A stretch of DNA of 64,000 bases from a virus: IMG/VR virus record IMGVR_UViG_3300042898_002514; one strand, written 5' to 3'. A program made the position numbers and the translations under genes. The notes beneath the pieces were generated by a model, which saw only the letters and a list, made by a program, of their open reading frames with translations, was not told where the DNA came from and made no database searches. Shown here in pieces: positions 37,997 to 47,752 of this stretch (position 1 is its first letter; every line of letters starts with the position of its first letter).

Positions 37997-38881
37997 ATGC
38001 AAAAGACTTATCGTAGTATTTTTGTAAGCGATGTCCACTTAGGTACCAAAGACTGCAAGGCTGGACAACTAAATAATTTCCTCAAGCATAATAGTTGTGA
38101 CACACTATACCTTGTGGGAGATATAATCGACGCCTGGAAGATACAACAGAACAAATGGCGGTGGAAGCAGAGCCACACTAATGTGGTACGCAGAATACTA
38201 GGTCACGCCAAGCGTGGAACTCGTGTGGTATTCATAGCAGGCAATCACGATGAGTTTCTAAGACCCATGATACCGTATGGCTTTTCATTTGGACTAGTAG
38301 AAATACACAATCAAATAGAACATATAGGTGCAGACGGCAAACACTATCTAGTTACACATGGTGACCTATTTGATGGCATTACTAGACTGGCACCGTGGAT
38401 TGCGTTCTTGGGAGACAAGGCCTATGACTTTATTCTTAGCCTCAACAATAAATTTAATTGGATTCGTCGTCGTATGGGTTTTGGGTACTTTAGCCTTAGC
38501 AAATTTCTTAAGCACAAGGTTAAAAAAGCAGTAGACTTTATATTCAAGTTTGAAGAGAATCTAGCAGGCTATTGCAAGAAACGTGGCTTTGATGGAATCA
38601 TATGCGGACACATACACCATGCAGAGATCAAAGAGATCAACGGTGTAACTTATATGAATGACGGTGACTGGGTTGAATCGTGTACTGCACTTGTAGAACA
38701 CCACAACGGCCGTTGGGAAATTATAACTTGGACCAAGGAGCGAGATGATGTGGCTATTGATACTGACAGCGATACATATAAACGATCCCCAGGATCAACC
38801 AGGCAGAGTAGAACTCCAGTTCCAAGATCAAAAGACCTGCGAGCAAGTCCTAAGCAGCCTCAAGTGGCAGCTGAAGTTTAA
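37997..38881 (+). CDS. plcP: PlcP-like metallophosphoesterase (LpxH/YbbF family phospholipase C)
   Basis: SDVHLG, LVGDIID.W, GNHDE, HGD.FD, CGHIH, GDWVESCTALVE. Confidence 0.8.
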   Translation: MQKTYRSIFVSDVHLGTKDCKAGQLNNFLKHNSCDTLYLVGDIIDAWKIQQNKWRWKQSHTNVVRRILGHAKRGTRVVFIAGNHDEFLRPMIPYGFSFGLVEIHNQIEHIGADGKHYLVTHGDLFDGITRLAPWIAFLGDKAYDFILSLNNKFNWIRRRMGFGYFSLSKFLKHKVKKAVDFIFKFEENLAGYCKKRGFDGIICGHIHHAEIKEINGVTYMNDGDWVESCTALVEHHNGRWEIITWTKERDDVAIDTDSDTYKRSPGSTRQSRTPVPRSKDLRASPKQPQVAAEV

Positions 38882-38918
38882 AAATTTTAAGGTGGTAGGC
38901 CAATGCAAACGACAATAA
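38745..38918 (+). CDS. 57-aa protein overlapping the plcP tail in another frame
   Basis: AAGGAG RBS; MMWLLILTAIHINDPQDQPGRVELQF...C...CKRQ. Confidence 0.6.
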   Translation: MMWLLILTAIHINDPQDQPGRVELQFQDQKTCEQVLSSLKWQLKFKNFKVVGQCKRQ

Positions 38919-39619
38919 GCGATAAAATTACCATTGTGGTTCCCTGCAAGAATGAGGAGAACTACATACACCATTTGCTAGACTCTCTACGCAGCCAAAA
39001 CATTGGTGATACTAGAATCATCATTGCTGATTGTTCTACAGACAATACTCGTGAAGTTATTCAAGCCGCAAAGGGCAAGTTAAATGTAGAAATCATTGAA
39101 GGTGGGCCTGTTTCGCTGGCCAAGAACAATGGAGCACAACTGGTCACTACTCCCTATATCTTGTTTATTGATGCTGATGTGCGATTCTTTAAAGATAATG
39201 TAATACAAGATGCTGTTGACATGATAGAGCGTAAGAACCTAGACCTCATAGGATTGAATATCAAATGCTATGATCGAGACCTACGAGCAAAGATTGGGTT
39301 TACAGCATTTAACCTAATCAATCATGTATTAAAATATGTTAGTCCTTTTGCTGTTGGTGCTTTTATGCTAACACGCAGGGATCGCTTTGAACAGTACGGC
39401 GGCTTTCCGGAGCAGTTTGCAACATCAGAAGACTTCTTCTTGAGCCGTAAGTACAGCCCTAAGAAGTTTAGAATCATACGACATCACTTTGGTCAGGACA
39501 GTCGTAGATTCAAGAAGATGGGCTATATGGGCATGGCCAAGTATCTAGTCAAAAACTTTGTCAATCGCAACAACAAAGCCTATTGGGACAGTTTAGACAG
39601 CACCAGATACTGGAGTTAA
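38903..39619 (+). CDS. GT2 family glycosyltransferase
   Basis: IVVP.KNEE, STDNT, FIDAD, GGF...ED. Confidence 0.9.
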   Translation: MQTTISDKITIVVPCKNEENYIHHLLDSLRSQNIGDTRIIIADCSTDNTREVIQAAKGKLNVEIIEGGPVSLAKNNGAQLVTTPYILFIDADVRFFKDNVIQDAVDMIERKNLDLIGLNIKCYDRDLRAKIGFTAFNLINHVLKYVSPFAVGAFMLTRRDRFEQYGGFPEQFATSEDFFLSRKYSPKKFRIIRHHFGQDSRRFKKMGYMGMAKYLVKNFVNRNNKAYWDSLDSTRYWS

Positions 39620-40192
39620 AACTAGTTCGTAGAGTTCGCGCCAGTTCTTGACCACAGGGTATGAACATTCATGATGCATATTGTGCCCGTGTTCAATAAG
39701 GATAGAGCGCAGTCCTAGACTGTGGCCAACATCGGCATTGGCAGGCTTGTCTTCAATCCACCACATGCCACTCGCCTTGTAAGGAGCCAATGCTGAATCT
39801 TTGTCTGCACCTGTGTCCAGGCAAATAACACTTTCAATGGCATTGCCAAACAGTTTACGAAGATTCATTTCACGCAGTTTGCCTGCGTTCTTGTCTAGAC
39901 TTAGACTTGTGATCACCCGGAATTCATAACCGTGTTCTTCGTGCAGTCTTTTAACATAGTGAGCTGAATCACGTAGAGCAGGAAGAAAGCCAATGGCTGC
40001 TGACTCGTTGAAAGTTTTAACAACTTTCTTTGAATCCCGTTCCTCTAGCTCATTGTAGTGATCATGCAGATAATAGCTTTTCTTGTTGTCTGCTGTTAGA
40101 GTGTAACCGCGTTCTTGCATCCAAACTGAGAATGCCCATTCCCAATCTAGCAAAACTCCATCTGCGTCTGTGAGTATAAGTTTATTTTTCAT
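39593..40192 (-). CDS. HAD-family 5'(3')-deoxyribonucleotidase-like phosphatase
   Basis: DADGVL motif I, IED motif; TTGACA-17-TATAAT at 40198-40226, 5 nt before ATG. Confidence 0.8.
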   Translation of the reverse strand: MKNKLILTDADGVLLDWEWAFSVWMQERGYTLTADNKKSYYLHDHYNELEERDSKKVVKTFNESAAIGFLPALRDSAHYVKRLHEEHGYEFRVITSLSLDKNAGKLREMNLRKLFGNAIESVICLDTGADKDSALAPYKASGMWWIEDKPANADVGHSLGLRSILIEHGHNMHHECSYPVVKNWRELYELVLTPVSGAV

Positions 40193-40241
40193 ACTATATT
40201 ATAGCATAATTTAACCCTTATGTCAACGGGCTAAGTAAAAG

Positions 40242-40946
40242 ATGACTATAATAATCGCAACCCTAGTAATGACGCACATCACAATAGTCTGTGTCACACT
40301 ATATCTACACAGAAACCAAGCACATAGAGGAATTGAATTTCACCCAATCCTGAGCCATTTTATGCGTTTTTGGTTGTGGATGACCACAGGCATGACTACT
40401 AAGCAATGGGTAGCAATTCACCGTAAACATCATCAAAATACTGATGTAGAAGGTGATCCACATAGTCCACACGTATTTGGTATTTGGCCATTGGTATTTG
40501 GTGGAGTCAAGTTTTATAATCGTGCTGGCAAAGATGCTGACATGATCATGAAATACGGAATGGGCACTCCCAAAGACTGGATTGAACGCAAGTTGTATAC
40601 CCCACATCACAAACTAGGCATTCTCTTAATGCTAGTCATAGACTTATTGTTATTTGGGCTTTGGGGGTTTATGGTGTGGGGTGTACAAATGTTATGGATT
40701 CCGTTCTGGGCCGCTGGATTTATCAACGGCATCGGACACTGGTGGGGCTATCGCAATGGCGAAACCAAAGACCACAGCCGTAATATAGTGCCTTGGGGCA
40801 TACTAATTGGCGGTGAAGAACTACACAACAATCATCACTTAGATCCTGCTAATCCTAAGCTGAGTCGTCGTTGGTTTGAGTTTGACATAGGTTGGATGTG
40901 GTTTAGTCTATTTAAATTTTTAAGACTGGCCAAGTTACGCACATAG
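40242..40946 (+). CDS. membrane fatty acid (delta-9-type) desaturase
   Basis: His boxes HRNQAH, HRKHH, HNNHH. Confidence 0.92.
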   Translation: MTIIIATLVMTHITIVCVTLYLHRNQAHRGIEFHPILSHFMRFWLWMTTGMTTKQWVAIHRKHHQNTDVEGDPHSPHVFGIWPLVFGGVKFYNRAGKDADMIMKYGMGTPKDWIERKLYTPHHKLGILLMLVIDLLLFGLWGFMVWGVQMLWIPFWAAGFINGIGHWWGYRNGETKDHSRNIVPWGILIGGEELHNNHHLDPANPKLSRRWFEFDIGWMWFSLFKFLRLAKLRT

Positions 40947-40970
40947 AAAAAGGACCCGAAGGTCCTTTTT
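40947..40970. terminator. bidirectional intrinsic terminator
   Basis: AAAAAGGACC-CGAA-GGTCCTTTTT between convergent genes. Confidence 0.85.
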
Positions 40971-41010
40971 CATTTACTATATTATAATATACCGCTATGC
41001 GGCTAATAAT

Positions 41011-41286
41011 TTACTTCTTGGTAGCGCCAGCATTGACAAATGCGTACATTTTCTCTGCTGTTTCTAGAACTTTATCAAGTCCTGGGAAAGTTGGCATGTC
41101 TACCTTAGTAACGATCTGACCAGTCTTCTCATCGCGAGTAGCAGTCATTTCCCAACCTTGGAACTTGGCTTGGAAGTCGTCTTGTACTAGGCTCTTGGCC
41201 ATGCCCAAGATGTCTGTACGAATTTCGTATCCGTTCTTGTTGAATTTAACTTCTGGTAGCTTTGGTGCTGTAAAAATTTCTGACAT
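41011..41286 (-). CDS. hypothetical phage protein
   Basis: AGGAG RBS; KNGYEIR motif. Confidence 0.8.
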   Translation of the reverse strand: MSEIFTAPKLPEVKFNKNGYEIRTDILGMAKSLVQDDFQAKFQGWEMTATRDEKTGQIVTKVDMPTFPGLDKVLETAEKMYAFVNAGATKK

Positions 41287-41373
41287 AATAATCTCCTGTG
41301 TGTAATGTCTGTTTACATAGATACTTCTTTTTCTCTATGTACTATTATATATGCTCTATGATCTAAAAGCAAC

Positions 41374-41949
41374 TTATTTCTTGAACTTGTTTACTCGTTC
41401 TTTAATAAGTTTAACCACTACGTCACTGAGCACAACCTCATAGTGGTTATAATCTACTTCTACTAGTTCCATATCCTCATGATGCTTCTGACTAGCAATA
41501 GTCACAACACCATCATTGGGCTCATGCATGAATGCACTTTGTCCTTTGACTGTTACAATGTTAGTCCAAGGATGCTGTATCTTGATGTTTCTTGCCTGTT
41601 TCATAACCCAACTACTAGGACCAATGTCACGCATCAGTCTGCTGAACGGCAAGAAGTATTGGGCATAGTCTGCCACTTCGGCGCCACCATATGGTGTGCT
41701 TAGAGTAACAGCACCTTTAACAGCATCGGGCATACTATTGGCCAAATGCAGGCTATAGATACCGCCTAGACTATGTGCAACAAACACTAGATCAGTATTC
41801 CCGTCTAACGTAGACTGCATATCTTTTAGGTTGTTTTCAAACCCATTGCGACTGTCGTAGTTTATATCTAGTCCGTCGCCTAGTTTACTCTTGATGTAAT
41901 TGAAGCTCTCGCTGGTGGCATTGGCACCGTGTATATACACTAATTTCAT
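41374..41949 (-). CDS. alpha/beta hydrolase (lipase/esterase-like)
   Basis: IHG, AHSLGG, DGVV, C-terminal His; ATG 5 nt after TAAATA. Confidence 0.85.
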   Translation of the reverse strand: MKLVYIHGANATSESFNYIKSKLGDGLDINYDSRNGFENNLKDMQSTLDGNTDLVFVAHSLGGIYSLHLANSMPDAVKGAVTLSTPYGGAEVADYAQYFLPFSRLMRDIGPSSWVMKQARNIKIQHPWTNIVTVKGQSAFMHEPNDGVVTIASQKHHEDMELVEVDYNHYEVVLSDVVVKLIKERVNKFKK

Positions 41950-42177
41950 GCCAGTATTTATTAGCTTAGAACCAGCCGTGAAATTCGTCAACTATAGGAT
42001 GTACTTCCCACCCTTGTTGTTTCCAGCGTAACAGCATTATTACGGTGTCTAAGTAGTTCATTTAGTTTGTGTATACGGCTTTGGCTTCTTCAATGCGACC
42101 TTGACGAGCAAGACTTGCGGCAGCACGGGCCTGTGCAAATGATTCTAAAAATGACCAGATTGAGTTTAAGATTGTTT

Positions 42178-42354
42178 TCATAGATAAGATTCCTTTTGGG
42201 AGTTGAATTGTCGAATATAATTTTCGAGTTGTGCGGCATCGGTAATGCCTTTGGTGCTTAGATATTGATCTAAGCGGCTTTGATAGCTGGATCCAGGGAA
42301 CATTTCGGATAGACGTTCCATAATAGCTAACATTCGATCTGATAAAAATTTCAT
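42178..42354 (-). CDS. small DUF3563-like protein
   Basis: YL.....D...LE...R pattern; AGGA RBS. Confidence 0.45.
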   Translation of the reverse strand: MKFLSDRMLAIMERLSEMFPGSSYQSRLDQYLSTKGITDAAQLENYIRQFNSQKESYL

Positions 42355-42487
42355 TGTGTTTCCTGTGTGTTAGTGTAGACTCAGTGTTTCTACTGAGTTA
42401 TTTATCCGGCTCTTGTGCGATCGCACATTTTTCAGTACAATGTTATTATTGTTTAAAATGAGTTAAATACACAATAGGAATATTTCA

Positions 42488-42772
42488 ATGAAGCTTCAAA
42501 CCAGATCGATTTTGCAGGAACTAAATTCTATTGCCGATGTGCGCAGCACTGATTCGTTGATAGAAAGTCGTGCTGCCAACATCATCAATTCGGCTATTAA
42601 CCTCTTGGAAAGTATTCATAAAAATTATGATTCTGCTTCAGCAGACGAACTTGAGCGTAGACTTATCAATGCAATCAAGGGTCAAGATCCTGCAAAATTC
42701 ACACGTGGTGTTCGCAGAATAGCAGAAGCACGTAAACTCAAGAAAAAATTGGATGAAAGCAATGATCAGTAA
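42488..42772 (+). CDS. hypothetical late protein
   Basis: TAAATA and AGGA upstream. Confidence 0.8.
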   Translation: MKLQTRSILQELNSIADVRSTDSLIESRAANIINSAINLLESIHKNYDSASADELERRLINAIKGQDPAKFTRGVRRIAEARKLKKKLDESNDQ

Positions 42773-43577
42773 ACTGTCAGAAGGCGGCAACGTATTCAAA
42801 GGCCCGGAAAAACAACCACTAACACAGCGTATTGCCACAGGAGACGTAGAGGAAACCATTCTCTACATTGAAAAAATCACAGGTCTTGACTTTACCAAAG
42901 AAAAGCATCTTGATGACAAGAAGCCGGTTAAATGGCTAGGTACCACAGGCCGCAAAGAAGATCCAGATGGCACCTTTGAAAAGAACAGTTCAGGTGATCT
43001 AGACCTGTCAGTTGATGCCAACGAAGTGGATAAAAAATCATTCGCTGAAAAACTCATTGCACAATTTGGCAAAGAAAACATCAAACTCAGCGGAGACAAT
43101 GTACACTGGAAGGTGCCAATCAAAGGCAGTCCGGACAATGGATTTGTACAAGCAGACTTTATGTTTTCAGCTAATCCTAAATTTCAACAAGGCTCAATGA
43201 TTGGTGGACAGGGCGAGTATCGCGGTGAACATCGACATATCCTATTGAGTTCAATTGCTCGTGCTCGCGGCATCAAGTACAGTCCAAAGCACGGAATACT
43301 AAATGCTACCACAGACGAACTACTACCCAATGGCAACGACTGGAATCAAATTGCCAAGGTGTTGCTGGGACAAACAGCCACAGTTAAAGATATCAAATCA
43401 GTGGACAACATTTTAGATTTTATTAAAAAATTGCCTAACTACGAAGAACTAGTTGCAGGCGCAAGAGAAACATTGGGCAAGCAAGGTATTACCTTGCCGG
43501 AAAACGTAATCTCGTTTGAAAGTGCGCAAACTGGAACACCCTCTTGGTTTCGCAAAATGATGGAACGAGTTAAATGA
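42762..43577 (+). CDS. nucleotidyltransferase-like protein
   Basis: LGTTG...SGDLDL...VQAD, pol-beta-like motif. Confidence 0.55.
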   Translation: MISKLSEGGNVFKGPEKQPLTQRIATGDVEETILYIEKITGLDFTKEKHLDDKKPVKWLGTTGRKEDPDGTFEKNSSGDLDLSVDANEVDKKSFAEKLIAQFGKENIKLSGDNVHWKVPIKGSPDNGFVQADFMFSANPKFQQGSMIGGQGEYRGEHRHILLSSIARARGIKYSPKHGILNATTDELLPNGNDWNQIAKVLLGQTATVKDIKSVDNILDFIKKLPNYEELVAGARETLGKQGITLPENVISFESAQTGTPSWFRKMMERVK

Positions 43578-44674
43578 GAGCATTTGAATTTTTACGTGAA
43601 GCTGAAGCAGCCCCTGCACCCAAGAAAGTGGGCCGTGAGTTCAACCACCTAGAAGATCTTGTATTCACAGAAGCCAATGGTGCAAACAAGGCCATTAAAA
43701 TACTAAAAGATCTAGCCAGTCCCGAAACCAGTATCACGATCAAGTGGGACGGCAATCCCACAGTGTACTGGGGACGTGAGGATGATGGCAGTTTCCGACT
43801 GGTAGGCAAAAACAACTGGGGACGTGAGGAAGGCAAAAGTTCTAGCCCAGACGAACTCAAACAGTTTATCATGAGTCGTGGCAAAGGCGAAGATTGGCGT
43901 GAGAAGTTTGCCGGAGATATGGCAGCATTATGGCCCATATTTGAACGTGCAACTCCTGCAGAGTTTCGAGGTTATGTCTACGGAGACATCCTATTCCATC
44001 CAGGCAAACCATATGCCGGCGCTAACGGCAAAATTACATTTACTCCCAATCAAACCACTTACTCTGTTGCTGGCACTAGTGAAATTGGTCGAGCATTGGC
44101 CAAGGCCAAGGTAGCAGTGGCGGCACACAAGGTGTTTGGTTACTTTGGAGACAAGACAGGTGCGGACTTTGACGATCCTGATCAGTTTAGTGGCAATCCA
44201 GACCTAAAGGTATTTGGCTTGACCAGTGTTAGCTATAGACCAGCAGTTGGTGCAGACAATATTGCTGCTATTGAAGCACTGGCTAAAAATCAACAGGCCA
44301 TTGATAAATTGTTAGCTCCTGTTGCTGGTATGGGCTATCTGCAGAGTGAAATTTACACTTTTGTAAATAACCAATCGAAAACAAAACAACTGGACAATAT
44401 CAACACAGAAGCTTTTATGGCCTTTGAGCAAAAGACTCCTGCCAAAGCTGCCAAGATAGCGGCACACAGCGAACTGCACCCCGGAGTCATGGATGTGATG
44501 TTTGAACTAGTGCGTGAGATCATGGCGGCCAAAGACGAAGTAATTCGTGAGCTAGATGCATCAGGCGGCGACATAGAACAAACTACAGGTGGTAAGCCCG
44601 GTGGTGAAGGCTATGTTGCAGGCGGTTCAAAATTAGTGCCACGTGATCGCTGGACTCCGTTTCGAGCCGATTAA
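43574..44674 (+). CDS. ligase-fold (KxDG) protein, DUF6267-like
   Basis: HLED, IKWDG.P, GDIL, EGYV, KLV.R. Confidence 0.6.
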   Translation: MRAFEFLREAEAAPAPKKVGREFNHLEDLVFTEANGANKAIKILKDLASPETSITIKWDGNPTVYWGREDDGSFRLVGKNNWGREEGKSSSPDELKQFIMSRGKGEDWREKFAGDMAALWPIFERATPAEFRGYVYGDILFHPGKPYAGANGKITFTPNQTTYSVAGTSEIGRALAKAKVAVAAHKVFGYFGDKTGADFDDPDQFSGNPDLKVFGLTSVSYRPAVGADNIAAIEALAKNQQAIDKLLAPVAGMGYLQSEIYTFVNNQSKTKQLDNINTEAFMAFEQKTPAKAAKIAAHSELHPGVMDVMFELVREIMAAKDEVIRELDASGGDIEQTTGGKPGGEGYVAGGSKLVPRDRWTPFRAD

Positions 44675-44759
44675 CAGGTCTAAGACCACGGTTTTTTCCA
44701 ATCTGACTAAATAATATGCCAGTCCCGGAGCGGGACTATTGATTTAAGGAGAACATATC

Positions 44760-45128
44760 ATGGCAACATTCACAAGAACAAATCCAACAGCAGTAGCTCG
44801 CGGTACAATTCAATACACATCCGAATTAACATTCTACAAAGTAGTTCTAAATGGATCAGGACTAGCAGTAGCAGCTTCAGACGCAGCCGCAGCAAAGATT
44901 TCCGATGCACTAGGTTCTATAGCTCGTTTGTTTCAATTCAAAAGCAACGGTCTTGAAATTTTTATGGTAGCAGATCGTCACAGCACCAGCATCGACGCTG
45001 TTGCTAGACTAATTGCTCAAGTTCTAGATACAGGTACATTTACTAATACAGCCGGCAGCGGTGTTGCTACATTGTCTGATTCCAACACAATTACAGTAAC
45101 TGTTCCGACAGACCTAGAAGGTATGTAA
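44760..45128 (+). CDS. putative virion structural protein
   Basis: TAAATA, 5' hairpin, AAGGAG RBS, own terminator; Ala/Thr-rich. Confidence 0.7.
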   Translation: MATFTRTNPTAVARGTIQYTSELTFYKVVLNGSGLAVAASDAAAAKISDALGSIARLFQFKSNGLEIFMVADRHSTSIDAVARLIAQVLDTGTFTNTAGSGVATLSDSNTITVTVPTDLEGM

Positions 45129-45155
45129 TTTTAAATTCTCAGGGATGGGAAGACT

Positions 45156-45179
45156 AAGCCCGGTTCGCCGGGCTTTTTT
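45156..45179 (+). terminator. intrinsic terminator
   Basis: AAGCCCGG-TTCG-CCGGGCTT then T run. Confidence 0.9.
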
Positions 45180-45219
45180 ACGACTACAATTTTGTAGAGT
45201 TAAATAGTAGCATATAATT

Positions 45220-45624
45220 ATGCAACTGTTCAAACTTGTCAGTGTGGTTGATATCACACGTTCTCGTCCATCTAGATCAGAAACAGATCATTTGAAATTG
45301 GGGCAACAGGCCAATTTCAACAGCCTCATACAGGCCATTGGCATTAGGTCAAATGTGGAATGGGATCGAGACCCAGAATGCCACACAGGTAGACTACCCG
45401 ATGCTATAGAAGGTGCTGCCACTCATTGGATTTGGGAATTTTCAGTTGAAAGAGATTTTGTTTTTCGACTTGGTGACGATCCAGTGGGTCTGCTGTTGGA
45501 TGACCTTGAAGGTGTTCCTGTGATAAATCAGTTAAATAATTCAGTAGATATTACACCTTCAATATTTCAAACCAAAGGTGATCGTGCAAATATTTGGATA
45601 TACGAAATCTCACAAGCGGGATAA
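45220..45624 (+). CDS. hypothetical late protein
   Basis: 134 aa; TAAATA upstream. Confidence 0.75.
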   Translation: MQLFKLVSVVDITRSRPSRSETDHLKLGQQANFNSLIQAIGIRSNVEWDRDPECHTGRLPDAIEGAATHWIWEFSVERDFVFRLGDDPVGLLLDDLEGVPVINQLNNSVDITPSIFQTKGDRANIWIYEISQAG

Positions 45625-45720
45625 ATATAATTTAACAGGCAAAACAATTAGGCATTTCGGAACACTTAGGCACATGGCTCGGAGCGAGCACTTGACTTAA
45701 CATAAAAGGAAACAGCCTAC

Positions 45721-46026
45721 ATGGCCACAACCGTAGAACGACTTGGTGTAGTAGAAACCAAGGTAGCGAACCTAGACGAAAAATTAGATGAGATCAAGGT
45801 TGATGTTAAAGACATGCACGACTGTCTAGATAAAACTAGAGAAAGTGTCATGGCCAAACTAGAAGACATGTATGGTGCAAGCTGTGAACAACATAGTCAA
45901 TTGGCCAGTAAAATTACAGAATTAGAAAAATTTAGACAAAAATGGATCTATATGACTGCTGGTGGCGTAGCGGTATTAGGCTGGGTATCAGGGCATATGG
46001 ATCTAGTTGCCAAGATGTTTAGCTAA
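45721..46026 (+). CDS. coiled-coil protein with C-terminal TM helix
   Basis: Heptad pattern then WIYMTAGGVAVLGW. Confidence 0.75.
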   Translation: MATTVERLGVVETKVANLDEKLDEIKVDVKDMHDCLDKTRESVMAKLEDMYGASCEQHSQLASKITELEKFRQKWIYMTAGGVAVLGWVSGHMDLVAKMFS

Positions 46027-46068
46027 TATCAATCACCCACTTAAATAAGGGCCATAGGTCCTTTTTTT

Positions 46069-46509
46069 ATGACAAACATACAGCGGCGGTTAGAGCACTT
46101 AGTAGCTAACGCACAGCATAAACTCATAGCTGACAACCACATTCTGCCACTGAAGGTTGCTGAAGGTATTCTTGTAGGTGATGTGTTAATCGTCAGTGAA
46201 GAAACTACAAAACATCTTTATAGGCACAACAGTCTTATCTACAGCAACATTAATCTCAATGCCACAGCAATCAGAATGGCCAATCTAGTGACAAAAAATA
46301 CCAATTCTGCAACCGTAGATAAAATTTACAGATTAGACCAAGAGTACGGCAAATGGTTCACAGATAGTCAGATTCTAAGAACACAGTATCAAAAAGCTGT
46401 CATAACTAAAAACTATGAAAAAGCGGATACTCTTTGGGCAAGGTACTGCGAAAGCAGAGATAAAACTCTAGCTGCCAAAGAAACTGTAACCGCTTTGACT
46501 TATTTCTGA
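46069..46509 (+). CDS. hypothetical protein
   Basis: 146 aa ORF. Confidence 0.7.
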   Translation: MTNIQRRLEHLVANAQHKLIADNHILPLKVAEGILVGDVLIVSEETTKHLYRHNSLIYSNINLNATAIRMANLVTKNTNSATVDKIYRLDQEYGKWFTDSQILRTQYQKAVITKNYEKADTLWARYCESRDKTLAAKETVTALTYF

Positions 46510-46540
46510 ATAAATAATACATCACTATGGATCAACCAAT

Positions 46541-47752
46541 ATGAAAACCACAGATCTCTTCAAAATTAATAGAACCAGTAAAAGACTGAACGAAAGTATG
46601 TTTAAGACTTTTGGTCGCAAACTGAATCTAGAAACATTCAATGTTGAACAGCTGGAAGATGCTAGAAACAAACTGCGCACACAGATCTACACAGCACGTA
46701 GCAGTTCTGGCTTCAATGAAACTGTGGAAAATGATGCACTGTCACAGGCACAGTTCATGCACGATGCCATAGTAGCTGAATTATCAGAGCGTGATGAACC
46801 TATTGTAGACAACACAGTACAAGAAGGTGCAGACATCGACAAACAAGCATTGATGATGATCCTCAAAAACTTTGATGAAAACATGAACGAACGTGGTGGC
46901 TACGGTGATCCTGATTATAATAAAGTACTAGCAGCTCTCAATCAAGGTGATGTTGAATCTGCTGTGGAAGAAGTATATTATGCCTATAGTGATCAAGACG
47001 GTGGCGAAATTGACATGGCCGACTACCTAGAAGATCTAGAAGATCAGTTCAAAGATATGGTTGGAAGCGAAAACATTCAAACAGAATTAAGTACAAACAC
47101 TCTAAAATCTTATCAAGACAAAGCAGGCAAAGACATTGTAAACACAATGACTTCCGGCGACTATATGACCACAGACAAGAGTGCAAAGAAAGTTATGAAT
47201 CGTATGAGAGGCAGTGAAAAAGCTGACAATAAGATTTACAAAAAAGAGAATGAAAGCATAGAACAAACAGGAGAAAGTATGAATAATTTAAGAGAAGGTG
47301 AGATCCAGCAAGCAAGTGCGATCGTCACAGCAAAGACCATGGTTGACAGAGTGGGCCGTTGGATTGAAGAACTAAGCGGTATGGAGAATGATACTCTATT
47401 GCAGTTAGGTGATAGCATCCGTGACGAAATGGGACAAGAACAGGCAAAGGGATTTATTGAAGCAGTGGCTCCGGCAATTCAATCAGCCTTGGAAAATCTC
47501 AAGACCACACGTGAAGCATTGGCCACTGGAGTACGTACACTAACAGGTGAAGAACAGCCTGTCAATATGTTAGGCGGCGAGCCGGCAGCTGACATGGCTG
47601 CTGAACCCGATGCCATGAACGCAGATGCTGAATTAGGTGGAGACGAATTTGCCGCTGCTGAGCCAGCTGCAGGTGGTGCAGAAGAAGCAGGTCGTGAGAT
47701 GCGCGAAAGTATCAACCATCAGAATCGTTTGATGAGAGCATTAGCAGGATGA
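46541..47752 (+). CDS. acidic helical protein, putative prohead core/scaffold-like
   Basis: Many LxE-type sites, E/A-rich tail, late promoter. Confidence 0.55.
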   Translation: MKTTDLFKINRTSKRLNESMFKTFGRKLNLETFNVEQLEDARNKLRTQIYTARSSSGFNETVENDALSQAQFMHDAIVAELSERDEPIVDNTVQEGADIDKQALMMILKNFDENMNERGGYGDPDYNKVLAALNQGDVESAVEEVYYAYSDQDGGEIDMADYLEDLEDQFKDMVGSENIQTELSTNTLKSYQDKAGKDIVNTMTSGDYMTTDKSAKKVMNRMRGSEKADNKIYKKENESIEQTGESMNNLREGEIQQASAIVTAKTMVDRVGRWIEELSGMENDTLLQLGDSIRDEMGQEQAKGFIEAVAPAIQSALENLKTTREALATGVRTLTGEEQPVNMLGGEPAADMAAEPDAMNADAELGGDEFAAAEPAAGGAEEAGREMRESINHQNRLMRALAG

